Made by a program: the position numbers and the translations under genes
Notes under the pieces: generated by a model
Databases searched by the model: none
What the model saw: only the letters and a program-made list of their open reading frames with translations
What the model was told of the DNA's origin: nothing
Shown here: positions 12,329 through 24,315 of the stretch, in pieces
Layout of the letters: each line of letters opens with the position of its first letter
Position numbering within the stretch: position 1 is the stretch's first letter
NCBI RefSeq assembly: GCF_004010195.1
Contig: NC_057719.1
Location: forward strand, 76,317,939 to 76,381,938
DNA: 64,000 nucleotides
Source: Chiloscyllium plagiosum
Lineage: Eukaryota
Reading direction: 5' to 3'

Positions 12329-13469
12329 TATTTAAAGTCCTCTTATGCCTCATCCACTTGAGTAGCTTTTATGTGGCTACTTATCATGAATTCAATTAAA
12401 AGTTTCTTTGAGTTATACTGCATTGTCAAGAATGTTGCAATGTTTACATTTCTACTTCATGCGTGTCAAAAATAGCATGCCATTAATCTAAACTGAAAAA
12501 TTACCACTTTATTTGAAAATAAGGACAAAACCAATAATTTAATTTAGTTGTGAGTACTGAAATCTACCCTGTTGTTGAAATTTAAATCATGTGCATTTCA
12601 AATATTGAGTGGTAAATGCAACACCAGCCATCCTTCATTGCTTCTGTGTGTAATATTCGGCAAAATCGTTCATTAGGATTGTCCATTCTTATGTTCTAGT
12701 CTTAGATTTGAGCCAGGTCTCAGCAGAAAAAAACTGTTTTAGCTCAATTGGCAGAAAAAGTAATGCATTATCCAAAGCTATGTGTGCTTGCAGTCCAAAG
12801 ACTGTGCCTACATTGAAGACAACCAGTATGATAATTTAAAATTAACAAATGAAATTCCTACTAATATAGTAGATCATGAGGATGCCAGAACTTTGCCAAA
12901 AATGACACAGCAAGGAATAATTGGGCATTTGAAGATTACTTCAGTTCTGACACTCAATTTGTTAATACTACAAGAAATCATGATTTTCCCAAAGTCAATT
13001 ATTTTTCCTGCTGTAAATGCAGAAATACCAACAACTCAAAAAATATTGACTTAGCATGCATCCATTCAGTGTCCAAATTGCCCTGCAGAGAGTAAGGTCT
13101 GGCTTGATGCACCACATGGGCTCCTTTCTGTGCTGCACCTGTTAAAAAGAAGTAGGCATGCAAAAGGTGGAGTGATCATAGCACCCACCAGCATCATCGA
13201 CAAGAGCCTGAAATATTTCGACACTGCAGCCAAATTTGTATGAAACTGATGAGTTGCCGCACTTCTGAGCACCAGAAATGTTGGGTTAGGACTTGAGATT
13301 CAAAATGCCATTCATAAATCATAGGCTAGCAACAATGATAGGGAGGCTGGATTCATCCAAAGGGTATGGTCAGATAGTATTATTGAAAGAAGGATTAAGA
13401 CCGAGGTGGAGGGAGATCACTGATGACTGTGAAGTGAAGTGAAGTTAGCAGATGTTCCCTGTTTATTAG

Positions 13470-14450
13470 ATAGTCATAGAGTCACACAGCAGGAAAACAA
13501 ACCAATCAGTCCATGCTAACCATAATCCCAAACTAAATTAGTCCCACCTTGGCCTGATTCCTTCAAGCCTTTATTATTCATGTACTTAACCAAATGTCTT
13601 TTAAACTGTACACACATCCACCACCTCCTCTGGAAGTTCATTTCTCACATGAACCACTCTCTGTGTTAAAAAAGCCCTGCATGTCTTTTTTAAATCTCTC
13701 TCCTTTCACCTTAAAAACATGCTCCCTAATCTTGAAATGTCCCACCCTAGGGAAAAGACACTGGTATTCACCTTATCTATACCCCTCATGACTTTATAAA
13801 CCTCTATAAGGTCATCTCTCAACCTCCTACAGTGAGAAATGTCCCAGCCTATCCAGTCTCTTCCTATAACCTGAACCCTCCAATCCCATCAACATCCTGG
13901 TAATTTTTTTTTTCTAATTTAACCTCTCCAGCTTAATACCCTTCCTATATTAGGATGACCAGAACTGGACACAGTACTCTAGAAGCAGCCTCACCAATGT
14001 CCTGTACAACCTCAACATGACATCCCAAATCCTCAAAGGTCTGAGCAATGAAGGCAATCCTGCTAAATGCTTTCTTAACCTCCCTGTGTACATGTGATAT
14101 AAACTTCAAAGAATGATGGACCTGAACCCCTGAGTCTCTCTGTCCTACAACATTACCCAAACCCCGACTTTTCATTGTATAAGTGTTGGTCTTGTTTGCT
14201 TTATCAAAGTGCAATACCTCACATATATCCAAATTACACTCCATCTGCCACCCCTCAGCCCATTTATCAAATTGATCAAGATCTCTTTATAATTTTAGAC
14301 AACCTTCTTCAATGTCCACGATACCACCAATTTTTTTGTGTCATCCACAAACTTACTAACCAGGCCTTCTATATACCCATCTTATATCATTTATATAAAT
14401 GACAAACAGAAGTGTTCCCAGCACCGATCCCTGTGGAACACCGTCGGATA
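13470..14450 (-). mobile_element. CR1 LINE 3' fragment
   Basis: Minus ORF 13945-14244 CEVLHFDKAN..QRDSGVQVHHSLKF; typical CR1 3' UTR. Confidence 0.85.
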
Positions 14451-16639
14451 GTGAAACACCTGCCACACTGGTTGCAGTGTTAAATCAAGGAAGGGATAAT
14501 TAAACGGGGACATGACTGAAGCCAGACCTTTCCTGTCGGTAGATTGATTCTCAAATCTGGCAAGTCAAGGCAACTAACTCGAATCAAAAAGGTAATTTAA
14601 TGTCACAGGAATGTAATGTCCTCTATGGGCAGATCTTGAATGTGTTATGAAATATATTTTAATGACAAGCAATGCATCAACTTAATAATCAAACTCAGGC
14701 TGAGACAAATTGTTGCTATATATAAAATGCTTGATTGTGGCCAAATTTGAAATAGTCCCTTAAACTTAGGTAAATATTATGTTCCCATATGATATGTCCC
14801 AAATTTATTTTTTGCAGATGCAGTTTAAATTGCTCAATGTGCTATTGAATACCATTTCGCCTTTGGCAGCGAGACATCTCCATTTTGCACGTAGGATTCT
14901 GATTTCTCATCCTGATATCCTAGCATTTTTCTTCAGTTCCTCTGCCAGGGTCCTTTTTCCTTGACCCTGTCCCTTACATTCTTTTTACTGTTGCCAATAC
15001 TCTCTCCACAAAAGAAAACCTGCTGTGCTGCTGTGCACAATACTCTGAGAATTGGGATGCTGCCCACTTGCCATCTGCACAATCCCCTCTGCACTAAATT
15101 CCTTCTCAATGGTCTCCAGAACTGGGTACAAAAATATTTTTCCATCTTGTTCATCTCTGAAAGCCTTGATTTTACATTGCGTCAACACCCCTCACCGTCT
15201 CGTGTTTTACCAGTTTAGGATTGTGCCCTCTGGTGGTTGATCCTTCAGCCAATGGAAAAAATGTAAACTTAACTGAACCCTTCATGATTTTAAACACCCT
15301 TAGTCAAATCTTCTCTCCATTCTCTGCTGTAACACTATGTGTTGGAATGACCAGAGTAAACAAATTCATGTAGAACCGGAAAGGAAGGCTGCACTCTATT
15401 TTGCAAACCTAGCAGCAAATACACTTGTAATATTAACCAGATAAACCACTTTTAATATATAACTTAAAATTAATCCTGGACAAGAGGCCTTCAGTCACCT
15501 CCCATCTCACATAGTCCCAGCAACACAAGGGAATGTGGGCAGAATTGGAGGTATTTTGAAGTCAAAAAATGTATTTTTATGCCTGTGCCACTGATTTATG
15601 TGAATCAACCTATTACTAAAGCTTGTAAATATTGTAAAATCCAGTATATGCCCTCCATGTTTACATAAAGGTTATTGAATAACACTGTGTTCAGACAAAG
15701 TCCTGAAGATCAATCCTACAGAAACTGGTCTTGCATATCCTTGCATTACAGAAATATCAGGTCAAACTGAAAAGTCATCTTAAGTATTGCCAGCAGCAGC
15801 AGTCATTAATACTGAGCCATGCACAGTATATCTATCATCAGTTTTTGCAGTGCCACAATGCTAACCGCACTGATCGTGGGCGAGCATACTATAGCAATGC
15901 CGTGAGTATGTCTTTGTTATGGATTGGTTGCCTTAAATGTTGTTTTATTTCCATTCTTGTTTATTTCAGAATATCAGTCATGTGTGCTATATCTGTCATA
16001 AGCACAAGTAAAGAGCGATTGTCTGTGGGAGACCCATTTTGCTTCATAGGATTTACCAATTCAGGAGGCATATCTTCGGTAGAAGCCCTGTTTAATTGGT
16101 GTACGCTGTGTTCCTGATGAAGTTACAATGTCCAATTGAGAGAACCAAGTAAACTCTTCCTGCTGTCCTGTCAACACCGCACCACCCTTACCCCTCCACT
16201 ATTGCCAACCCCATGCAGAATTTCCACCTGATTCAGTCTTTAAGAGTAACTGTGAGAGTATTAGCTCAGGCGCTCATTCTGCTTTTGGCAGAATCATAAG
16301 ATGGGTACAACACAGAATGACGGCATTCAGCCCGTCCTAGTGCACTGCAAGAACAACCTCAGCTAGTTGCAGTCTATCCTTGTAGCCCAGACAGTTTATT
16401 TTCTCTTCAGGTGGTTGTCCAATTTCCCTTTGAAAGCAACAGTTGAATTAACTTCACTCTGCCCTGAGGTCATGAACTTCAGATTGTCATCAATTGCTGG
16501 ATAAAACAGCTTTTCCAACGCTTAGGCTTCTTTTTGCCGATTGGCTTAAATTTATTTCCTGTGATTCTCAACTTTTCCACCAATGGGAACAGATTTCCTC
16601 TAGCTACTTGGTCTAGATTCCTCATGATTTTGAAAGCCT

Positions 16640-17195
16640 TGTCATGTTGAGGTTGTACCGAAGGTCAGTGAGGCCTCTTCTGGAATACAGTGTGCAGTTA
16701 TAGGAATTCCTGTTATAAGAAAGGAATTATTCAACTGGAGGGGGTTCAGAAAAGATTTACCAGGATGTTGCCAGGTATGGAGGATTTGATTTATGAAAAT
16801 AAGCTGGATTCTTATCTCTGGAGCAGAGGAGATTGAGGGGTGACCTTATAGAGGTTTTTAAAATCATGAGAAGCACAGAGAAGGTGCATGGCAAATGTTT
16901 CTTTGATAGGATGGGGGAGTTCAAACTATTTTCAAGTAGAGAGAAGAAAGTTTTCAAAAGGACATGCGGGCAACTTTTTGACACAGCGAGTGGTTTGTGT
17001 GTGGAATGAACTTCCAGAGGAAGTGATGAATGCAGGTACAGTAAGAACATTTAAATACATTTGGAGAAGTACACGAATACGAAATGTTTGGAGGGATAGG
17101 CGTCAAATGCAGACAAGTGGGACTAGTTTAGTTTGGGAACACGGTTGGCTTGGACTAGTTGGACTGAAGGGTTGTTTCCATGCTGTGTGACTCTC
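16640..17195 (+). mobile_element. CR1 LINE 3' fragment
   Basis: GNFLTQRVVCVWNELPEEV motif. Confidence 0.85.
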
Positions 17196-17749
17196 TGATT
17201 CTACCACTCAAAATGCATAAGCAAAATACTGTGGAGTGGAGATCTAACTTGGAAGAAGAGTCAAACTGGACTCAAAAGTTTAACTCTATGTTTCTCGCTC
17301 CACATTCACTGCCAGACCTGCTGCGCTTCTTGCTGTTAATTTTTCATTTCAATCCCTCACCTCTAAAGAAATCTGGATTAATATTTCCTTCTGATAGATT
17401 GTCTGGATTCATTTCTGTTTGTTGCTGGGCAGTTAATACCTGTTGTTCAGTCACACATTCAAGTTTATCATTTTCTAGTTACGTCTTGATACACCAGTCT
17501 AGATGATAATGTGTAGGTGATAATGGAAAAGTTCAGGAGCACGCACATGTGCAGAATAACATATAAATCCAGACGATGCTGCCAGGGATCCTGTCCTCTG
17601 ACAATACTTGCATTATTGATGTCCTCTCCAGAGAGGAATTCATTAAACTACAGAAAGTTTTTGAAATATTACTTTGAGTCAGTTTCTGAAAATCCTTGAA
17701 AAAGCTAGTGTTGAAAAAATATTCTTTGACAGTGCATGGATGTTGCTGT

Positions 17750-18990
17750 CTACAGGCTGATGTTTATTACCCACCCCTAACTGCCCCTTGAAAAAGTGTC
17801 AGTGACTCAACTGAAGGGTGTTCCAAGATTTTGACCCAACAATAGTGAAGGAAAGGGGATATCAGGGTATTTTGCAGCTTGTTGAGGAACTTGAGGATGA
17901 ATGGTTTTTCCGTTCATCTGCTGCTCATGTCCTTCCACATGGTAGAGCTCACGAATCTAAAAGGTGTTGTTAAAGGAGTTGTGATGAGTTGTGTGCAGTG
18001 CATCTTGCAGATGGTACATACTGTTGCCACTGAGTGTCTCTGGTTTAGGGAATGAATATTGAAGGTGGTGGATAAGGTGCAAACTGTTTTGTACTGGATG
18101 ATATTGAGCTTCTTATGTATCATAGGAGTTGCACTTATCCAGGCAAATGGAAGGTATTCCATCTCAGAGCTGGTGCCTTGCAGACAGTGAACAGTCTCTG
18201 AGAGGAGGTGACTTACTCAGCAAAGAATTCCCAGCTGCTGACCTGTTATTGCAGACACAGAGTTTATGTGGCCAGTCCAGTTTAGTTTCTGGTCAATCCT
18301 AAAGCGCAGGAGGCTAATATTGGAGGACTCAGTGATGGTAACACCAGTAAGTCTCAGGCGAGGGGAGAAGATTGGATATTATCTTGTTTAAGATGGTCAT
18401 GGCCTGGCATTTGTATGCTGTGAATATTCATTGCCATTTGTCGATTCAAGGCCAGGACTTTGTTGCATTTTATCATGGATTGCTTCAGTATTTCATCAGT
18501 CATGAGATGAGCTAAACATCGTTCAATCGTTAGCGGACATCCCCACTTCTGGACTTATGGAGGGAAGGTCGTTGATGAAGCAGCTGTGTGGTTGGTCTGG
18601 GACAATACCCTGAGGAACTCCTGCAGAGAAATGCTGCAGGCAAGATGATTGACCCCAAAAAAATCCACTAAGGGCTTCCTGTGTTCTCGCTGTGACTCTC
18701 GCAGAGGAGAGATTTCCCCCGATTCCAACTGAGCCCTATTTTGCCGGGACTCTTTGATGCCTCTGCCATTCAAATTAACACTTGATATCAAAGGCAGTCA
18801 CTCTCACCTCTCCTCTGGAGTTTTGCCCTTTTATTCATGTTTGGATCAATCTTGTAATGAGGCCAAGAGCTATATGCCCCTTGGGGAACCCACACTGAGT
18901 GTCAGTGAGCTGGTTATTACTGAACAATTGTTGCATGGTAGCACTGTCGATGACACCTTCCATTAGTTTATTGATGATCAATAGCTATGA
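17750..18990 (-). mobile_element. Old CR1/L2-group LINE fragment
   Basis: Minus ORF 17914-18162 MEYLPFAWISA..HSLNQRHSVATVCTICKMH is homologous to 7770-8900. Confidence 0.65.
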
Positions 18991-19298
18991 TTGAATTCCT
19001 ATGTTACTGCTGGGTAATGATACCAAGTCCCATCAAAATTTCCATTCCTATTGGGCTTTCTGTATCCGACCTGCAGCTCAGAAATACAGTTATTTTAAAA
19101 TCCCACTTACATCTCTCTTGTTATAACTCTTAATTAAAAGTATCAGAGCTCTTCATCCTTTCAAAATTGACAAGATAAATGCTATGTCTGACTGGCATGT
19201 TTCCTGATTTTAATAACATACACAGGCTGATAGTCTCTCATAAAGCCACATTGTAACGCAAAATTATAAATAACCATGTGCTGTCCTTGTTCCAAAGT

Positions 19299-19464
19299 AT
19301 GGATCTTAATGAGTCCAAGAATAAGACCCAAAAGATTGTCATTGTTGGAGCTGGAATATCTGGAGTGGGCGCAGCCAGAAAGCTGCTGAAACAAGGATTG
19401 ACTGATGTGCAGATAATTGAGGCATCAAGCCAGCCTGGAGGACGGATCAGAGGCTCTCTGTTTG
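19299..19464 (+). CDS. PAOX-like: Polyamine oxidase (PAOX/SMOX family) gene 1, coding exon 1
   Basis: MDLNESKNKTQKIVIVGAGISGVGAA..IIEASSQPGGRI is an FAD-binding GxGxxG plus GG motif. Acceptor AG at 19296-19297; donor G|GTAAGA, phase 1. Confidence 0.92.
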
Positions 19465-19744
19465 GTAAGAACAATGTGAGGCAAAAGCTATGGATGCATG
19501 GAAAACAAATTGTGCAATGAATAATAATTTGCAAAGAAAATTATTGGTGTATGTGATTTAATCTGAATTTCTCCACATAGAGTTACAAAGCAGAAATGTT
19601 TACAGATCCCAGTTCCCTCATGTTGAAAGATAGTGTTAATTCCGCAACCTCCCTATGCCCGCTCCATTAGTATTTCATAAATTTTGTTACCAATCATATA
19701 GGGCAGAATTTCATCCCAATGGAGATCTTGTCTGCTGGTTAAGG

Positions 19745-20035
19745 AGCTGGTGACTCAATGGATAGCATTGTTGCCTCAGAGCGCCTAAGACCCAGGTTTG
19801 ATTCCACCCTCAGGCAACTGTCTGTGTGGAGTTTGTACATTCTCCCCCCGTCTGCTTGGGTTTCCTCCGGGTGCTCTGGTTTTCTCCCACAGTCCAAAGA
19901 TGTGCAGGTTAGGTGGATTAGCCATAGGGAATGCAGGGTTATAGGGGGAATGAGTCTGGGTGGGATGCTCTTTGGAGGGTTGGAGTGGACTCGATGGGCC
20001 AAATAGCCTGCTTTCACACACATAGATTCTATGAT
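19745..20035 (+). mobile_element. HE1-type SINE
   Basis: Conserved core TGTGTGGAGTTTG..GGGTTTCCTCCGGGTGCTC..CAGTCCAAAGATGTGCAGGTTAGG. Confidence 0.85.
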
Positions 20036-21129
20036 TCTATGGTGAGAGTAGACATTGCCTCCCTTGGGGAATTCCCACAATGTTAAATGCCAGTCAAGCA
20101 CTGAAGTGTTCAGCAGTGGGTCTTCTCTGAGGTATCCTGAGGATGAAACTCTCACCTGCCCTGAGAGGAGCCAGCCAATCAGAGAGTAACAGCTTCTCAT
20201 TCAAGCAGTGCCACTAAGGGTTGGTAGCTGTGGGTAGCAATGCTCTGACCATAGGCTCAGGACCAGTGAGTGACCCAGGCCAAGAATGGGCTTGACGAGG
20301 GGAAAGTGGCTCTCAGTGTGCCCATCTGATGTCAGGTTCCTCGATCAAACAATTAATACACGCCAAGATTTACTTTTTGGACTCTCTGAGTGGTGAAAGC
20401 CTCAGCTGTTGTGATTGAATGAGAAGTGGAGTAGCAGGATGGGGTCTTAATAAGGGCATTCATTGCCAACTTGAGGATTGGCATCAAGGCATAATGACTA
20501 TCCATGAGCCTTCATGCTCTGATCTTGGGGTTTGGCCCCAGCCACACTCCCATCTTCCAGCTCCTCTTTGTATAGGACCGATGGGAATTTTACCCATGGA
20601 GAAATGATCCCAAATATATTTCAGTGCAGTTTTAATTTAACTTGGAATTCTGGTGGTGGGAGGACATACTGCATAAAGAGGCTCAGTCCTACATAAAAAC
20701 AGCTTGGTAAATAATTCATATATAACGTAGCAATCAGCAAGTTCTATTCAGTCCATCAAAAGAATGAAATACTAAATGAATAAAATATGTGCTTATGCAG
20801 CTCGAAGTATCTTTCTGATTTAAGAAAGAAAAAAAAAGAAGTAACTGTAAAGTGTGATGAGCAAGTTAGCCTAATTAGAGCTACTGTGGTCCCACTCTGT
20901 TGATCAGTTGGGACCGACTCCATACAACCACCTTGGAATTTAACACCTCGACTGTGGAAAAGATTGGGGGCTAAAGTAGAAGTGGAAATAATTCCTGTCC
21001 ATGTTCGATGCATACAATTCCTGACACAGGGAATAATTTCCAAGATTGGAAAGTCAAGAGGGAAGATAAGTTTGCAAAGCCACTAGAATTCTAAAAAAAG
21101 TTTATCCTGAGGGTGTGGACATCACTAGC

Positions 21130-22400
21130 AAGGCTACTCATCTATTAGTAACTCTTGAGAAGATACGATTGAGAACCCTCTTGACTTACTGCAGTCCATG
21201 TGCTGGAGGTACTCCCACATTGCTGCTAGGTAGGCATTTTGAGATTCGGGCTTTGCTATACTGAAGAACTGCTGAGCCAGAATGGTGTGTGACTTGGAAG
21301 TGGATTGTCTTCTCATGATCCTAATGTCCTTTTAGGTAGAAGACGTGAGTTTTGAAGGCACTGTCAAAGAAACATTGAAGTTGGTAGGAGGGGTAGTGTG
21401 GTTGGGTGGGGGATTGGGGAGTGGCACAGTGGCTCAGTGATTAGCATTGCTGCCTCTCAGCACCAGGGACCCGACTTCAGTTCCAGCTTTGGGTATCATT
21501 TTGTGCATGTGCTCCCCTTGTTTGAGTGGGTGTCCTCCAGATGGTTCAGTTTCCTCCAAAGATGTGCAGGTTAAGTTGATTTGCTATGCTAAATTGCCTG
21601 GCGTGTCAAGGGATATGATGCCTGGGGGACTGGTCATGGTAAATGCAGGGTTACAGGGATACAGTGGGATGGTCTTCGGTCCAGTCTCGATGGCCAAATG
21701 GCCTCTTTCAGCACTGTGGGGATTCTAATTCTAGCTTGTGCACTATAGCCATATAATTAAGATGGTGGGTAGCCTACTGATCAAGTGCAGTGTATCATCC
21801 TGAACAATGTTGAGCTTCCTGAGTGTTGTCTTAGCTTTATCCATCCAGACAAATGAAGAATATTTGGTCACTTTCCTGACTTGTCATTGTATGTGGTGGA
21901 GATGTTTTGGGGAGAGGAAACCCATTTTACTGCGAATACTCTGCCTGCTTCTGCTGTTATTACAATTGCATTCATGTGGCTGGGCTGTATCAATTTCTGA
22001 TCAGAATGCCTTCCCGGATGATGATGCTGATATTAATGCTATTAGATGTCATTGGCAGGTGGTTAGAGTTTCTCCTATGCAATATGGTACAGCATTTGTT
22101 ACACAGGAACAGGCCATTTGGCCCACTCAGCCTATGCTCCACGCAAACAAGTGGAAGTACGCCACTGTTTGTAACAGAATGGCTTAATATGAGTCCAAAC
22201 ACTGAGGTTCCTGTAAATGTAATCACTGCATGTAGAACTGTATTGTATGTTGAATTTTTTGATTTAAATCATCTCACCCTATCAATAAATAGTTCCATTT
22301 CTTACTTTTTATCATGCATTTATTTGCTATTCTTGTTGTTGGAAATGTTCACTATCTAGCACTTGTACAAAACAGTTGCTGCATGCCACTTATCTACTCA
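21130..22400 (-). mobile_element. Old CR1/L2-group LINE fragments with a degenerate HE1 SINE inserted (+, ~21420-21727)
   Basis: Similarity to the reverse of 7770-8900; SINE head GTGGCACAGTGGCTCAGTGATTAGCA. Confidence 0.55.
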
Positions 22401-24107
22401 AGCCCAAATGTTTCCCAGGTCTTGCTGGAGAGGATAATTTTCTCTGGGTGCTTTAGGTACTAAAGAAACTCTGAGGTGGTCAGGATTGGCTCTCAACCTT
22501 AGTTTACCCTGTGGTAATATGTCTTGATGAATGGATTATACTAGGTAAGGCTGTCGAGAGGACAATTAAGAAGCTGATTGCCACTTAAATTAGATGCTAA
22601 TAAGCATTGAGGAGGCTTTATGGCATGTTGATGGATGGAGCTTGACCCAATGCCCTCTTCTAACAGAAACCAGCTAATTGGAAATAAACAAGTTGTTTAC
22701 TTGGAGAACTCATAGTTCCTCGTTATTTTCTCCATGGCAACACCTTTGTCAATCAACATTACCTTGACAACCATAGAGCTTTTTTTTCTCCTGTATCATA
22801 AATTGTGGTGATCATTTAGAATTTGCCTTTCTTGGTAATCTTGGTATTTGCAAGATTAAATGCTTCAGCAAGGATGGTCCTATGGTGCAGTGGTAGTATC
22901 TTTATCACCCCTCAAAATGTATGAAGAAGATAGCCTAAACAGACCCAAAGAGCCTGGGTTCAAATTCTACCTGTGGCAGAGCTGAGTCATAACACATCTG
23001 AATAGGTGTTTTTTGTGACTATCTAAATTCTTCATCAACACGGGCAGAATCTTGACTGAACTGTGAATGTGAATCTTCTGCGTGTTCGCAAACCCGATCC
23101 CATATGAGGAGTGTTCCTAATAGAGTAGCCTTCTTCCTGGAAGCTCTGGTAAACCTGGGTGCTTCATAACCAAGGCATTTCTCTACTTAAACTGTTACAG
23201 TGTGTGGCGCACCCAGCCAGCACAAGCAAGGTAGCCACACTGACTGTTCCCAGCAAAGCTGATCTGGACAGTCATGAGGCACTCAACACAAAAGGGGCTC
23301 AACAGAAAAGTTACCGATAAAGGTGGGAAGTTAATCTTTAGGGTGTTCTAGTTTGCAATGTCAGAGGGATCTTGGGGAATGATGGTAAATAACTGGGAGG
23401 CAGAGGAAAGACTCCCAATGATAGAGGCAAGGAGACACAGAAGGGTGTGAGCTGCATATTGAGAGTGGGGAACTTAATGGAGACATCAGCCATGTTGGTG
23501 AGGGTGAAGGAGTGAGTGAATTGATTAAAGGTCAATGTAAGGCAAAGGATGGGTGTGGAGTGTTCAGGAAAGCTTGAAGGAAATCATCGGGCCTTAGGTG
23601 CAGGGAAGATTGAAGAATGACAGAGGAGATGCCAGTCACCTAATTGTCAAAGACCTCAGTTGTAACTCACTGCACTAACTGTAGGCTCATGACTGCACTC
23701 ACAAGGATGTGAGCCCAAGCCTTCTCTAGATGGATGAGTCAATGTCTTTGCTGGATGGTACATCCTCTGAGGGTGCTGACTCCCCCTCCTCCAGAAGGGT
23801 GGTGTTAGAGATGGGCTTGGGAGATTGGTCTCCTCTTTTGTAATTACTGGAGTGGGAGTGGGGTTTTGAGACTGCATAGAAAACAGAAAGATTTCTTAGT
23901 GTCATGAACCATAACCCTTACCAAGATCCTGTTAAGATGTTGATGCCCCTTGTGCTGCTGCTGCTATAGCAGAATGGAGACTTTATGATATGGTGAATAT
24001 CTTGCTCTGACCAAGATGAGAGATGGCTTTTTCTAGTCCTAGTACTCCATGGGTCACAACATAAATTTAATTGTTTACCTGGTTCCTGACATGGCCATTC
24101 ATATACT

Positions 24108-24315
24108 TTGCTGAAAATGTGTTGCTTGAAAAGCGCAGCAGGTCAGGCAGCATCCAAGGAGCAGGAGAATCGACATTTCGGGCATGAGCCCTTCTTCAGG
24201 AATCATGCCCGAAACGTCGATTCTCCTGTTCCTTGGATGCTGCCGGACCTGCTGCGCTTTTCTAGCAACACATTTTCAGCTCTGATCTCCAGCATCTGCA
24301 GTCCTCACTTTTTCC
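24108..24315. repeat. Penelope-type palindromic repeat with a hammerhead motif (minus, 24167-24204)
   Basis: Minus strand reads GATTC-CTGAAGA-A-GGGC-TCAT-GCCC-GAAA-TGTC-GATTC; arms are self-complementary. Confidence 0.7.

Noticed and set aside
12782..13272. Cys/His-rich stretch (CPNCPA..HH) faintly like a SWIM zinc finger of a transposon
   Set aside because: Requires frameshifts; similarity too weak to call without a profile search
15731..16117. 128-aa ORF with a good donor (GTGAGT, 15902) and acceptor (TTTCAG, 15969)
   Set aside because: No recognisable protein in any frame and the implied intron is only 68 nt; could be UTR exons but cannot be supported
22875..22975. tRNA-like A/B boxes (also ~63265-63320 and ~61700-61770)
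   Set aside because: No cloverleaf; degenerate SINE heads
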